Source of the DNA: an uncultured Chloroflexia bacterium
GTDB taxonomy: Bacteria > Chloroflexota > Chloroflexia > DTKN01
Direction: 5' to 3'
Length of the DNA: 64,000 bases
NCBI GenBank assembly: GCA_964592645.1
Contig: CAZQFV010000016.1
Span: forward strand, 2,282-66,281
Shown: positions 52,628 through 61,273 of the stretch, piece by piece
How positions within the stretch are numbered: position 1 is the first letter of the stretch
Layout of the letters: every line of letters starts with the position of its first letter
Made by a program: the position numbers and the translations under genes
Notes under the pieces: model-generated
What the model saw: only the letters and a program-made list of their open reading frames with translations
What the model was told of the DNA's origin: nothing
Databases searched by the model: none

Positions 52628-53203
52628 TTATTCGTCGCCTCGTTTCCACACGGCCGGCAGGAAAGCGGCAAACAGCACGGCGCCGCTGCCGCCCTGTTCC
52701 GTCTCGCTGCCGGCCAGCGCGTCCTGCAGCCGCTCCAGTTCGGTGCGGATCCAGGCGAGCTTGCCCAGAAGTTCCGCCTTGGTTTCGGTGGCGGGCAGGG
52801 CCAGCAGCCGTTCTTCCAGGGTCATCGCTTCGCCCAAGGCCACCAGCACGTCGTTCAGGTGGGCGACGTGCCCGGCCAGGGCCGGCGGGGCGCTCATTTC
52901 CTGCAGCCGGCGGGCGATCCGCGTCAGGTCGGCGTCCACCGCTTCCAGGCGGCTGTTGGCCTCGACCAGCGTGGCCGGGGGCGAGACAGCCATGTCCTCC
53001 ATCTGTCGGTTGAGATCCAGGAGCGTCTCCACGTGGCCGCGCAGCTCCCCTGCCACTCGCTGCACCTGCCAGCCCGGGTAAGTGAGTACCTGGCTCCCAC
53101 CGGTGAGCCAGTAGCCGAGCGCACCGAGGCCGAGCAGGAGCAGGACAACCACCAGGGCCAACAGGCCCCACCTACTGGATCGCGAGCGCATAGACCTCGA
53201 CAT
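52628..53203 (-). CDS. membrane-anchored coiled-coil protein
   Basis: It has an N-terminal TM helix (WGLLALVVVLLLLGLGALGYWL). The start may be 53203 or 53191. It overlaps the upstream gene's 3' end. Confidence 0.5.
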   Translation of the reverse strand: MSRSMRSRSSRWGLLALVVVLLLLGLGALGYWLTGGSQVLTYPGWQVQRVAGELRGHVETLLDLNRQMEDMAVSPPATLVEANSRLEAVDADLTRIARRLQEMSAPPALAGHVAHLNDVLVALGEAMTLEERLLALPATETKAELLGKLAWIRTELERLQDALAGSETEQGGSGAVLFAAFLPAVWKRGDE

Positions 53204-53828
53204 TGTTCATTCCCCCGCGGCGCGAACGTAGCGCCCCGATGACCACGACCGGCGTTCCCACGACCAGGCGGGCGGATTCCTGGCGGACCGAGTTGCCCCA
53301 CCGGCAGACCTTGAAGTAGTTGGGCTGCGCGCACTTGGTCCAGGGCGGCATGGACACGGCGATCAGGAAGGTCATCCGCAGATGCCCATCCGCGGTCACC
53401 CGGAGCTGCGGCTCCTTGGCTACTGCCCCCAGCAGGCAGACGTGGTTCAAGCGGCGGATCGGGCCGGCGCCGGGATCCAGGGCCGGCAGCCGCCGCAGGT
53501 CGTCGGCCCGCCAGATGCCCTGCGCCTGCACCCAGATATTCACCGCTTGGCCATCGCTGGTCCGCTGCGAGCGGAGCGCCCCCGTCACCAGCACGGTGGC
53601 GCTCTCGGCCAGGGCCGGCCGGATGTCTACGGCCAGGTTGCCCTCCTTGACGATCGTCAGGAGGTTGTCCTGCGTGCCCGGGATTCCCGTGGGCGTCGGC
53701 ACGCGCACCGCCACGTTCAGGCGGAACGGCTTCTTCTCCAACCGCAGCCGCGGCTCCGATTCGACCACGCCCAGCAAGGCTACCTGGTTCAGGACCGCGT
53801 TGCTCATCAGCGCGTCTGCCGTTCTCAT
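53172..53828 (-). CDS. tandem SSB-like OB-fold protein
   Basis: ATG at 53828 overlaps the peptidase stop (ATGA). It has two halves, each starting LNxVxLLGxV..EPxLR. The second half ends VVVIGALRSRR...VEVYALAI. Confidence 0.5.
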   Translation of the reverse strand: MRTADALMSNAVLNQVALLGVVESEPRLRLEKKPFRLNVAVRVPTPTGIPGTQDNLLTIVKEGNLAVDIRPALAESATVLVTGALRSQRTSDGQAVNIWVQAQGIWRADDLRRLPALDPGAGPIRRLNHVCLLGAVAKEPQLRVTADGHLRMTFLIAVSMPPWTKCAQPNYFKVCRWGNSVRQESARLVVGTPVVVIGALRSRRGGMNNVEVYALAIQ

Positions 53829-54238
53829 CGCTGCACCAACCCCACACTCCACACGACCAAGGTCGCCCCGGCGATGAACGGCACCACCGGCACGGCCTGC
53901 CGTCGTCGCACTTTGCCGTATAGCCCGGCCGTGAGCGAGGCCAGGGCCACCACGTACACCGCCGCCCCGCCTAGCGCCAGGCCAACCAGCCCGTAGACCT
54001 GGGCATCCCCCAACCCGGCCCGTTCTTCCCCCCAGATAGCCGTGGGTATGGCCATCAGCCCGCCGACGACAGCCCCGGCCACGATGGGCCACCACTCACC
54101 CCGGACCACGCGGAACGTCAGGCTGCCCAGGAGGGCCGGCCAGATCAGGACGGCCGGGACAACCTGCCAGCGCGCGTCGCACACGGCGATGGCCAGCAGT
54201 ACTGCCCCAACAGCGCCCAGGAAGATCACCTCGGCCAC
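53825..54238 (-). CDS. A24-family prepilin peptidase (CpaA/TadV-like)
   Basis: The two Asp motifs are AVCDARWQVVP and GLGDAQVY. The start is uncertain: GTG at 54238 follows GAGAGG, and ATG at 54256 is an alternative. Confidence 0.6.
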   Translation of the reverse strand: MAEVIFLGAVGAVLLAIAVCDARWQVVPAVLIWPALLGSLTFRVVRGEWWPIVAGAVVGGLMAIPTAIWGEERAGLGDAQVYGLVGLALGGAAVYVVALASLTAGLYGKVRRRQAVPVVPFIAGATLVVWSVGLVQR

Positions 54239-54242
54239 CCGT

Positions 54243-55538
54243 CTACCTCTCGGCATCCACGAACCGGGCCGGCTGTTCCTCAAAGCGCAGCGGCGCGACG
54301 CCCGGCGGCCCGTTGCGGTTCTTGACCACGCAGGCCTCGGCTTCGTAGCCTCGGCCCTCGCGGAGCGCCCGGTGCAGCAGGATCACCGTGTCGGCGTCCT
54401 GCTCCAGTTCCGGCACTTCTTCGCCCAGGTCGGCCAGGAGCGGCGCGCTGTCGGCGCGATGCTCTACCAGCCGCGAGATCTGGGAAGTCACTACTACCGG
54501 CACCATCAGTTGCATCGCCAGGTCCTTCAACCCGCGCGAGTTCTCGGTCCGGTCGCCGCGGATGCGCTGGAAACCGTCCACGATGACCAGCCGCACCCCC
54601 CGCAGCGTCACCAGCCGCCGGGCCTGGCCGGCCAGCCCCGGCAGTGTCACCCGCGGCGCGCCGTCCACGATGAGCGGCGCGCCCGTCAGCGTCCCGCGGG
54701 CTTGTTCCAGCCATGTCAGCTCGTCGCGCACGCACCCGGCCATCAGCGTGGTGAGAGGGATGCCGGAGGCCACTGCCAGCAGCCGCTTCGCCAGTTGCGC
54801 GGTCGTCGTCTCGCCGGTGAACAGGAGCACCGGCTCCTTTTGGCGCACCGCCAGAAAGTGGGCCATGCCGGCCACAAAAGAGGTCTTGCCCACGGCCGGC
54901 CGGCCGCCGACCACGACCAGGTCCCCGCGTTGCATGGAAACCAGGCGGTCCACGCCGGCGTACCCGGTGCCCAGCCCTTGTGGCCGCACCCGCCCGGTGA
55001 CCTCGGCCAGCACTGCTTCCAGGATGCCCTCCAGGGAACGGGCGGTATCCGGGATGTGCGTCACCGAGAGCTGCCGGACCAGTTCCTCCGCCGCAAAGAT
55101 GACCTGCTCCGGCGCGGTCCCCGCGCGCGGGTCCTGCCGGCCGAGGGCGGCGACCTGCTGGCCGGCGGCGATACAGTCCCGCAGTACGGCGCAGAGCCGC
55201 ACGACCCGCGCCCGCTCCAGCAGGCGGTCTTGCACCACCTCGCCGCCAGCGGCCAGGGCCAGCGCCGCCAGCTTCTCGCGCCCCCCGACGGTTTCCAGGT
55301 GTCCCTGCCGGTCCAGCTCCTCGGCCACCGTCGCCGCGTCGGTCAGCCCCAGCCGCTCGTAGCAGGCCAGGACCGCCTCGTAGATGCGCCGGTGGCCCGG
55401 GACAAAGAACATGGCGGGATGGGCCAGTATTTCGGACACGGCCGCGACCACCCCCCACGCACTTCCCGTAGGGGAAAGGATCGCGGCCAGCACGTCGGAC
55501 TCGGCCTGGGCATCGTGGGGCAATGTCGGTTCGGTCAT
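54243..55538 (-). CDS. dnaB: replicative DNA helicase (DnaB family)
   Basis: ATG at 55538 follows GAGGAGG. The N-terminus PHDAQAESDVLAAIL is DnaB-like. Walker A is VVGGRPAVGKTS. Also IVDGFQRI. Confidence 0.85.
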   Translation of the reverse strand: MTEPTLPHDAQAESDVLAAILSPTGSAWGVVAAVSEILAHPAMFFVPGHRRIYEAVLACYERLGLTDAATVAEELDRQGHLETVGGREKLAALALAAGGEVVQDRLLERARVVRLCAVLRDCIAAGQQVAALGRQDPRAGTAPEQVIFAAEELVRQLSVTHIPDTARSLEGILEAVLAEVTGRVRPQGLGTGYAGVDRLVSMQRGDLVVVGGRPAVGKTSFVAGMAHFLAVRQKEPVLLFTGETTTAQLAKRLLAVASGIPLTTLMAGCVRDELTWLEQARGTLTGAPLIVDGAPRVTLPGLAGQARRLVTLRGVRLVIVDGFQRIRGDRTENSRGLKDLAMQLMVPVVVTSQISRLVEHRADSAPLLADLGEEVPELEQDADTVILLHRALREGRGYEAEACVVKNRNGPPGVAPLRFEEQPARFVDAER

Positions 55539-56131
55539 CGCTCTACATCCTCCTCGGCCTGGCGCATGATTTCGCTCACGCGCCGGCGCTCCTGCTCGTC
55601 ACGACGGTGCCAGCGCCGACGGTGCCGCTCCGAGCAGAACCGCCGGCCGGGGTGGCCGTACACCCACCACGTCTCGTGCTCGGTCCGCTGGTGGCGCAGC
55701 CATTCGGCGACGCACTCGGGACACTGGCGCTTCGCCGCCAGGATGCGCCCCAGCGGGATCGCCGCCTGCCGGGGATCGGTGCGGATGATCGGCGACCAGG
55801 GCGGCAAGGGTGCCGGGTCCTGCTGTAGAAACGTAGCCAGCCGTTCCAGGAACCGGCGGCTCGGCGGGCGCAGCGGGTGGGAAGGGTATTGTCCCTCGTA
55901 CAGCCGCACCGCGTGAGGGCCGCAGTAACCCAAGGTCAAGGCCAGCTCCTTTTCCGAGTAGCAGAGCTCTTTGCGGGCGGCCCGCAGCGCCCGCTGAAAG
56001 GCCCGGATGCGCCTCTCGGACCAGCGTCCGCTGGAATTACGCAGCGCGGCGGCGACCCCCTCCAAAAGGGCCTTTGCACAAGTTGAACAGGCCCTGGGAG
56101 CCTCGTTTTGCGGCCCCCGCGACATATCCAT
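55535..56131 (-). CDS. hypothetical DNA-binding/zinc-binding protein
   Basis: ATG at 56131 or 56125. It has an HTH-like ELALTLGYCGPHAVRLYEG and Cys/His pairs in the C-terminus. Confidence 0.45.
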   Translation of the reverse strand: MDMSRGPQNEAPRACSTCAKALLEGVAAALRNSSGRWSERRIRAFQRALRAARKELCYSEKELALTLGYCGPHAVRLYEGQYPSHPLRPPSRRFLERLATFLQQDPAPLPPWSPIIRTDPRQAAIPLGRILAAKRQCPECVAEWLRHQRTEHETWWVYGHPGRRFCSERHRRRWHRRDEQERRRVSEIMRQAEEDVER

Positions 56132-56210
56132 CGGCCCTGCTCCGACCTCGCGCTGGCGGGCTTCTAGGACGATTGGGGCCATTCTGAAGGTGGTGCCGGT
56201 GCCGGCCGCG

Positions 56211-56498
56211 CTACCCAGCATGTTGTCCCGCCCGCCGGGGCATCCGCGTGCCCGGCTCCTCGTGCCGGCCGGTCTCGGGACGGATCCGGCCGGAGATGAT
56301 CTCTACTACGGTTTCGTAAGCCCACGCCGGCGCGACCAGTTCCACGCTTTGGGTCTTCCACCCCTCTTCGTTGCGGGCGTAGAGCACGCGCAGCTCTTGC
56401 CAGTAGACCCAGCCGCGTACCCGACCCAGCACCTGGTCATCGGGGCCGGCCGTGAAACGGACGATAACATGGCCATCGCGGTGCACGATTGTCGCCAT
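56211..56498 (-). CDS. hypothetical protein
   Basis: ATG at 56498 follows GGAGAG. Confidence 0.45.
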   Translation of the reverse strand: MATIVHRDGHVIVRFTAGPDDQVLGRVRGWVYWQELRVLYARNEEGWKTQSVELVAPAWAYETVVEIISGRIRPETGRHEEPGTRMPRRAGQHAG

Positions 56499-56577
56499 CT
56501 CACTCTCCGGTGCCCTGGGGTGACCAATTGGTCACCCCGCCGAAAACGGCAATGTTTTCTCGTGCTTCGGCAAAGCG

Positions 56578-57816
56578 CTACCCCCGGTCACCCGGCCGGG
56601 ACAGGAGCTGCTCCACCCGCGCCCGCGCTTCCTGCGCGGCCCGCTCGACCTCGTCCAGCGTTCCCTTGAGCACCGCCAGGGCCGCGGCCGGGAGGCTGGT
56701 CAAATCCCGCCGGCGGACCAGGCCGACGATGGCCAGGGCGGTCCCGTGCCAGCGCTGCTGGCGGGCCGCGACCCACTTGGGATAGGGCATTGGCGCGAGC
56801 GCAGCCTGGTGCAGTTGGACCAGGGACCGGGTGACGAGGGCGGCGACCTCGGCCTCGCCCAGCGGCTGGACTTCGCCGGCCGGCGTCGTGCGGCCGCGGG
56901 CCACCCGCCGGGTCAGTTCGACCAAGGCCTCCGGCGCCAGGTCGCCGGCCGCCCGGACCAGGGGCCGCAGCGCCCACTCGGACAGGCCGGCCCGCGCCGC
57001 GATCTCTTGCGCTTCCTGGGGCAGTTGCAGCAGCGCCGTCAGCCGCTGGCGGTAGCGTTCCCCGACCTGGCAGCGGGACTCCACCGCGGCCCAGGGCACC
57101 TCGGCGCCGGCCTGCTCTTGCAGCACTTCCTTGAGTCGTCGCAGCCCCCAGGCCCGCTCCACCGCCGACAGCTCGGCCCGGTGGACGTTCTCCACCAACT
57201 GCTGCGCCACCCGCCCGGCGTCGGGGGCCGGCCCAACCAGCGCCTCGATTTCCTCCAGACCCACCAACTCCGCCGCCATGCGCCGGCGGTGCCCCACCAG
57301 GATGATGTACTGGCCGGGATGCTGGGGATCCTCGTAGACGCGGATGGGCTGCAACTGCCCGACGCCGGCCGGCGCGGGCTGCATGGAACGCCCCAGCGCT
57401 TCCAGGTCGGCCAGTATCCGGGCCGCGTGGGGCTCGCCGGCGGCTGCTGCCTGCTGCAACTGGGCGATTGGAGGCAAGAAACGGGGCTGCGCTGGGTCGG
57501 GGTGAACGGTAGCGAGCGGCAGGCGCACCACGCCCTGGCCCAATCGGGCCAGGAGCGCATCGCGTTCGCTACGGTAGCGTTCGGCTGCTTCTTGCGCCTC
57601 CCGCAGCGTTTCGCCATCGCCGGTGGCCAGGGCGGCCTCCAGTTCGGTGACACGGGCCTGCAGCCGTGCCAACGCGGCCGCGCCGTCCGGGTCCGGTGCG
57701 CCGCGCAGGTCGCGCAGCCAGTCCAACCCGGTGTCAAAGACCTCGGCGCCGGCCCGGTCGGGCCGGATACGTTTCTGTCCCTCGCGCCGGGCCGCCTGCC
57801 GCCGGTCATCCGGCAT
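56578..57816 (-). CDS. parB: ParB/Srx-domain partition protein
   Basis: ATG at 57816 follows GGGAGG. The ParB box is IRVYEDPQHPGQYIILVGHRRRMAA. Confidence 0.8.
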   Translation of the reverse strand: MPDDRRQAARREGQKRIRPDRAGAEVFDTGLDWLRDLRGAPDPDGAAALARLQARVTELEAALATGDGETLREAQEAAERYRSERDALLARLGQGVVRLPLATVHPDPAQPRFLPPIAQLQQAAAAGEPHAARILADLEALGRSMQPAPAGVGQLQPIRVYEDPQHPGQYIILVGHRRRMAAELVGLEEIEALVGPAPDAGRVAQQLVENVHRAELSAVERAWGLRRLKEVLQEQAGAEVPWAAVESRCQVGERYRQRLTALLQLPQEAQEIAARAGLSEWALRPLVRAAGDLAPEALVELTRRVARGRTTPAGEVQPLGEAEVAALVTRSLVQLHQAALAPMPYPKWVAARQQRWHGTALAIVGLVRRRDLTSLPAAALAVLKGTLDEVERAAQEARARVEQLLSRPGDRG

Positions 57817-58654
57817 GGTCGCCTCCCGCTTGCGCCGCCAGCCGTTCCAGGACTTCCCGCCCCAGTTGCTGAAAGGCCACGGCCCCGGGGGAGTTGGCCC
57901 GGTACGCGCCCACCGGCATCCCCGCCATTGTCGCGTCCGAGATCGTGGTGTTGGCTGGAATCGTCGTGCGCAGCGGCCAGCCGTACGGGCCGTAAGCGCG
58001 CACCGCTTCGGCCATCACTTCGCGGCTCTGGTGGGTACGCGGGTCCACCTTGTTGAAGAACAGGCCCAGCACGCGCAGCCGGGGGTTGACCCGCAGGCGG
58101 ACGATCTGGGCGATGGTCTGCAAGAGCAGGGTCATGCCAAAGAGGGCCAGGTGCTGCGCTTCCAGGGGCACGAGCACGTACGTGGAGGCGGTCAGCGCCG
58201 CGACGGTCAGGTTGCCCAGCGAGGGCAGGCAGTCCAGGAGGACCAGGTCGTACTCCTCCTGCACGCCCTCCAGCAGGTACCCCAGCAGTTTCTCTCGGCC
58301 CATCGCCGTGGGCAGTACCTGTTCCGCTTCGGAGAGGTCGAGCGTTGAGGGCAGCAGGTCGTAGGCCGCGCCGTTCCACTCCCGCCGGAGGAGGATATCC
58401 CGCGCCTCGGGCGCGCCGTCACGCATCTCGATGAAGCGGCCCTTGAGGCAGGCCCAGATCGTGCGGTTCCCCTGCGGGGAGAGGAGCGACTGCGGGGCGA
58501 TCCCCGAGGCCAACGTGGCATTGCCCTGGGAATCCAGGTCCACGAGCAGCACGCGCCGGCCCATCCCGGCCAGGACGTAGGCCAGGTTGACCGCGCTGAC
58601 CGTCTTGCCGGTGCCCCCCTTTTGCATGGCCAGGCTGATCACCGTCGCGGTCAC
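57806..58654 (-). CDS. parA: ParA-family partition ATPase
   Basis: Deviant Walker A MQKGGTGKTVSAVNLA. Also LLVDLDSQGNAT. Confidence 0.9.
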   Translation of the reverse strand: MTATVISLAMQKGGTGKTVSAVNLAYVLAGMGRRVLLVDLDSQGNATLASGIAPQSLLSPQGNRTIWACLKGRFIEMRDGAPEARDILLRREWNGAAYDLLPSTLDLSEAEQVLPTAMGREKLLGYLLEGVQEEYDLVLLDCLPSLGNLTVAALTASTYVLVPLEAQHLALFGMTLLLQTIAQIVRLRVNPRLRVLGLFFNKVDPRTHQSREVMAEAVRAYGPYGWPLRTTIPANTTISDATMAGMPVGAYRANSPGAVAFQQLGREVLERLAAQAGGDHAG

Positions 58655-58971
58655 GTTCTACCCCCGGGCCAGGATGGGCTGCGGCCGGCACCGGGCGCGC
58701 TTGCCGCGAGGTCATGTTCTCCGGCTTGCCCGGTCTCCCCCTCGATCACCATCCCGATGCAGTCGGCCGCGATGCTGGCCGACTCCACGATCTCGATATC
58801 CACGCCCGACAGACTGTCCCGGTGGCGGACCACCAGTGCCCGCGGCCGTTGCCCGGTGCGGGCCTGGAAGCGGGCCAGCGCTTCCGGCAGCCCTTCGGCG
58901 GGGGACTGGCCGGGCTTGCACTGCCAGCCCAGGTAGACCAGGCCGGCCACTCTTGTCCCCTTGTCGCTCAT
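58651..58971 (-). CDS. hypothetical protein
   Basis: ATG at 58971 follows GGAGGAGG. It overlaps the parA start by 4 nt. Confidence 0.5.
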   Translation of the reverse strand: MSDKGTRVAGLVYLGWQCKPGQSPAEGLPEALARFQARTGQRPRALVVRHRDSLSGVDIEIVESASIAADCIGMVIEGETGQAGEHDLAASAPGAGRSPSWPGGRT

Positions 58972-59143
58972 CGCGCCTCCTCCGCAAAACAAAAGCTTGC
59001 CCTGAGCGAAATCGAAGGGCCTGCTCCCGTGGTCCAACCGGATCACTCGGAGCAGGCCGCGCACTGCCAGGCGTCCCGCTGTCGGGCGGGCGCCGCGCCG
59101 ATACTTGTGTTGCGCCTCGGCGCGGGCGCTATGCGATTGTCTG

Positions 59144-59428
59144 CTACCTCAGGGCAGCGATGGCCGCCCTGAGATCCTTGTAGGTCGTCTCCCGCCGCAG
59201 AAAGCGCTCCACGGCGTCCCGCAGCTCTTCGCGTTCGGCGTACATCCGCAAGGCCAAGTGCAGGGGATCAAACTCGGCTCCGTCGCCGCCGTGAAAGCCG
59301 CAGGAGCAGGACCAGGCTGGGGCGGGCCCGGCCGGCCGGCACTCCAGCCGGTGGCCGGCGGCCTGGACGGTGTAGCCCTGGCCTTTCCTGCGCAGTTCCA
59401 CCTGCATCTCGCGGAGCCCGAGTGCCAT
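59144..59428 (-). CDS. hypothetical protein
   Basis: ATG at 59428 follows GAAAGGAAA. It is the first gene behind the 59482-59510 promoter. Confidence 0.5.
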   Translation of the reverse strand: MALGLREMQVELRRKGQGYTVQAAGHRLECRPAGPAPAWSCSCGFHGGDGAEFDPLHLALRMYAEREELRDAVERFLRRETTYKDLRAAIAALR

Positions 59429-59440
59429 GGGTGTTTCCTT

Positions 59441-59480
59441 TCGACAAAATGAAACCCCGCGGGGCGACGCCCCTGCGGGG
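59441..59480 (-). terminator. terminator hairpin + TTTCATTTTGT overlapping the start region of the adjacent promoter
   Basis: On the minus strand CCCCGCAGGGG-CGTCG-CCCCGCGGGG (one bulged A) is followed by a T-rich run at 59454-59441. Confidence 0.5.
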
Positions 59481-59481
59481 T

Positions 59482-59510
59482 AGTATAGCACAGTTGCTAC
59501 TTGTTGTCAA
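59482..59510 (-). promoter_or_regulatory. consensus-like sigma-70 promoter TTGACA-N17-TATACT
   Basis: On the minus strand the -35 lies at 59510-59505 and the -10 at 59487-59482. The spacer is exactly 17 nt. Confidence 0.6.
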
Positions 59511-59592
59511 TCCTGTAGCAAGTTGCGCAAGACAAACAGGTCCCATCGTTGGGGCCTGTCGCGGACAATGCACAGTCTTGGAGAAGCGATAC

Positions 59593-60162
59593 CTATGGGA
59601 ACAAGGCCCTGCCGCGCCTCCCTGCCAGCTTCGCGAGGACCGCCGCGAAGACTACGTCTGATTCGTCCAGGAACGTCTGGTATCCGTTGTTGCCCAGGAC
59701 ACGGATATGGCCTTTCTGGGCCCATCTCGATAGAGATGGGGATCGAAGTCCATACTTGCGTGAGGCCTCCCGTACAGAGATCTCTCGACCCTGCAAGTTT
59801 CTCCATTTGCCACGGTCGAGTTCTCGGGCAGCCTCAAGCAATTCCTCTTTGTCCACTAGTTCCTCAGAGGAGTCCGGCGGCGTCTTGGAGGCGATGATCC
59901 CATCCTTGACCAATTTGCGCAAGACGCTCTCATCGATCTCCGGAAAGAGGGCAATCGCCTCTGCCAGGGGGATCCAGCGGCCGTTCCCATTTCCGTTATG
60001 CGCCTGTCCTGCCACCATGGCCACGTCCTCATCCGGGATCAGATCTTGACCTTCAAGGTGCACCGTCCTGATTTTACCATCCCGGATGAGCGTCTGCAAC
60101 ATGGCCCGCGGCAGGCGGTAGCGCTGCGATGCTTCTGCGATGCTCAGCAGCGTGAGCGGCAC
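59593..60162 (-). CDS. protein with three tandem excisionase/MerR-type HTH modules
   Basis: GTG at 60162 lies 5 nt after AGGAGG. The three modules are LSIAEASQRYRLPRAMLQTLIRDGKIRTV, WIPLAEAIALFPEIDESVLRKLVKDGII and ISVREASRKYGLRSPSLSRWAQKGHIRV. G+C is visibly lower here. Confidence 0.6.
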   Translation of the reverse strand: MPLTLLSIAEASQRYRLPRAMLQTLIRDGKIRTVHLEGQDLIPDEDVAMVAGQAHNGNGNGRWIPLAEAIALFPEIDESVLRKLVKDGIIASKTPPDSSEELVDKEELLEAARELDRGKWRNLQGREISVREASRKYGLRSPSLSRWAQKGHIRVLGNNGYQTFLDESDVVFAAVLAKLAGRRGRALFP

Positions 60163-60255
60163 CTGGACCTCCTGGCGTTCCTTGCCGTTCCGGAAATACA
60201 GCGGCCAACCCGGTGGCCGGGTTGGCACGCATTCCGGCCCTATGCCGGGGCAAGA

Positions 60256-60328
60256 AGCGGGAGACGGGACTCGAACCCGCGACAGCCTGCTTGGGAAGCA
60301 GGAACTCTACCGACTGAGTTACTCCCGC
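60256..60328 (-). tRNA. tRNA-Gly (anticodon CCC)
   Basis: I folded the cloverleaf by hand. Acceptor GCGGGAG/CTCCCGC, D arm ACTC/GAGT, anticodon stem CCTGC/GCAGG with loop TTCCCAA, T arm GCGGG-TTCGAGT-CCCGT, discriminator T. CCA is not encoded. Confidence 0.95.
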
Positions 60329-60338
60329 ACGCGCCAAT

Positions 60339-60367
60339 ATTCTAGCATCCGCCATACGATTTGTCAA
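60339..60367 (-). promoter_or_regulatory. tRNA-Gly promoter TTGACA-N17-TAGAAT
   Basis: On the minus strand the -35 lies at 60367-60362 and the -10 at 60344-60339. The predicted start is a few nt before the tRNA 5' end (60328). Confidence 0.7.
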
Positions 60368-60442
60368 GTTGCGCGCACCTGTTGCCCCCTTCTCATCCCT
60401 GTGATAGAATACCGTCCAGCAGCACTCCCCTCGAGGTGGGCA

Positions 60443-61087
60443 ATGGCTCCGATCCGCCAGGCAAGAAGGGGCCGGAGAACAAGGTCACGCCCGCGGCCGC
60501 GGGACGGCCCGGGCCCGGCCGTGCTGTGGATCCTCGCCACCGCCCTGCTCGGCTTCTCGGCCCTCTACCTGTGGGTCAGGTGGCAGAGCGGGCAAGAGGA
60601 ACTCCAGCCGGCCGATGCCATCGTCGTCCTCGGCGCCGCCCAGTGGAACGGCCGGCCCTCCCCCGTCTTCCAGGCCCGCCTCGATCGGGCCATCGCCCTC
60701 TACCACGAGGGCTATGCCCCGCTCCTCGTCCTCACCGGCGGTTCCCTGCCGGCCGACGCCCCCTCCGAGGCGGCCGTCGGCCGGGAGTACGCTCTCTCCC
60801 AGGGCGTCCCCCCCCAGGCCATCCTGCTGGAAGATCACAGCCATACCACCGCCGAGAACCTGCGCGGCGCCTGGGAGCTCCTCGCCCCTCGCGGCGCCCG
60901 CACCATCCTCCTGGTCAGCGACCCCTTCCACATGGCGAGGGCCCGGCTGATCGCCGGGAACCTCGGCTTCACCACCTACCCCGCCCCCACCCACACCAGC
61001 CCCATCTCCAATCGCCCCCCCGAAGAGGCCTCGTACGTGCTGCGCGAGGCCCTGGCCCTGCTCGCCTACTGGGTCGCCGGGAAGTAA
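60443..61087 (+). CDS. DUF218 (YdcF/ElyC/SanA-like) protein
   Basis: ATG at 60443 follows GAGGTGGG. It has a TM helix, then AIVVLGAAQWNGRPSPVFQARLDRAIALYHEGYAPLLVLTGG. Confidence 0.8.
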   Translation: MAPIRQARRGRRTRSRPRPRDGPGPAVLWILATALLGFSALYLWVRWQSGQEELQPADAIVVLGAAQWNGRPSPVFQARLDRAIALYHEGYAPLLVLTGGSLPADAPSEAAVGREYALSQGVPPQAILLEDHSHTTAENLRGAWELLAPRGARTILLVSDPFHMARARLIAGNLGFTTYPAPTHTSPISNRPPEEASYVLREALALLAYWVAGK

Positions 61088-61273
61088 AACCATCTGACCA
61101 CGAAGACAAAGGCGCGAAGGACTGCCGTTCTTCCACGACGGCCGCAACTCCGTTGCGGCGGCAAAGACACCAGGAAATTAAGGACCTGTCTGTGTATCCG
61201 CGGCAGAGGAGATCGTCTCTTTGCGCCTTGGTGCCTTTGTGGCCGGCCCCAAGAGGTTCTGCGTCCTTGTGGT

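Larger units (their letters stand above)
8092..60255 (-). mobile_element. putative ~52-kb integrated plasmid/ICE-like element abutting tRNA-Gly; left border unresolved
   Basis: The block has near-uniform minus-strand polarity. It carries its own ParAB, DnaB, SSB, clamp, primase, RadC, methylase-helicase, integrase and a pilus/ATPase operon. The tRNA 3' end faces the block. Confidence 0.5.

Noticed and set aside
59144-59428. SWIM-type zinc finger in the 94-aa protein (WSCSCGFH)
   Set aside because: The spacing does not fit the CxCxnCxH SWIM pattern beyond the CxC pair, so the evidence is insufficient.
8092-60255. Interpretation of the block as a prophage
   Set aside because: I could recognise no terminase, portal, capsid, tail, holin or endolysin gene. 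The ParAB, DnaB and pilus gene content fits a plasmid or ICE-like element better. This call still rests on recognition by eye only.
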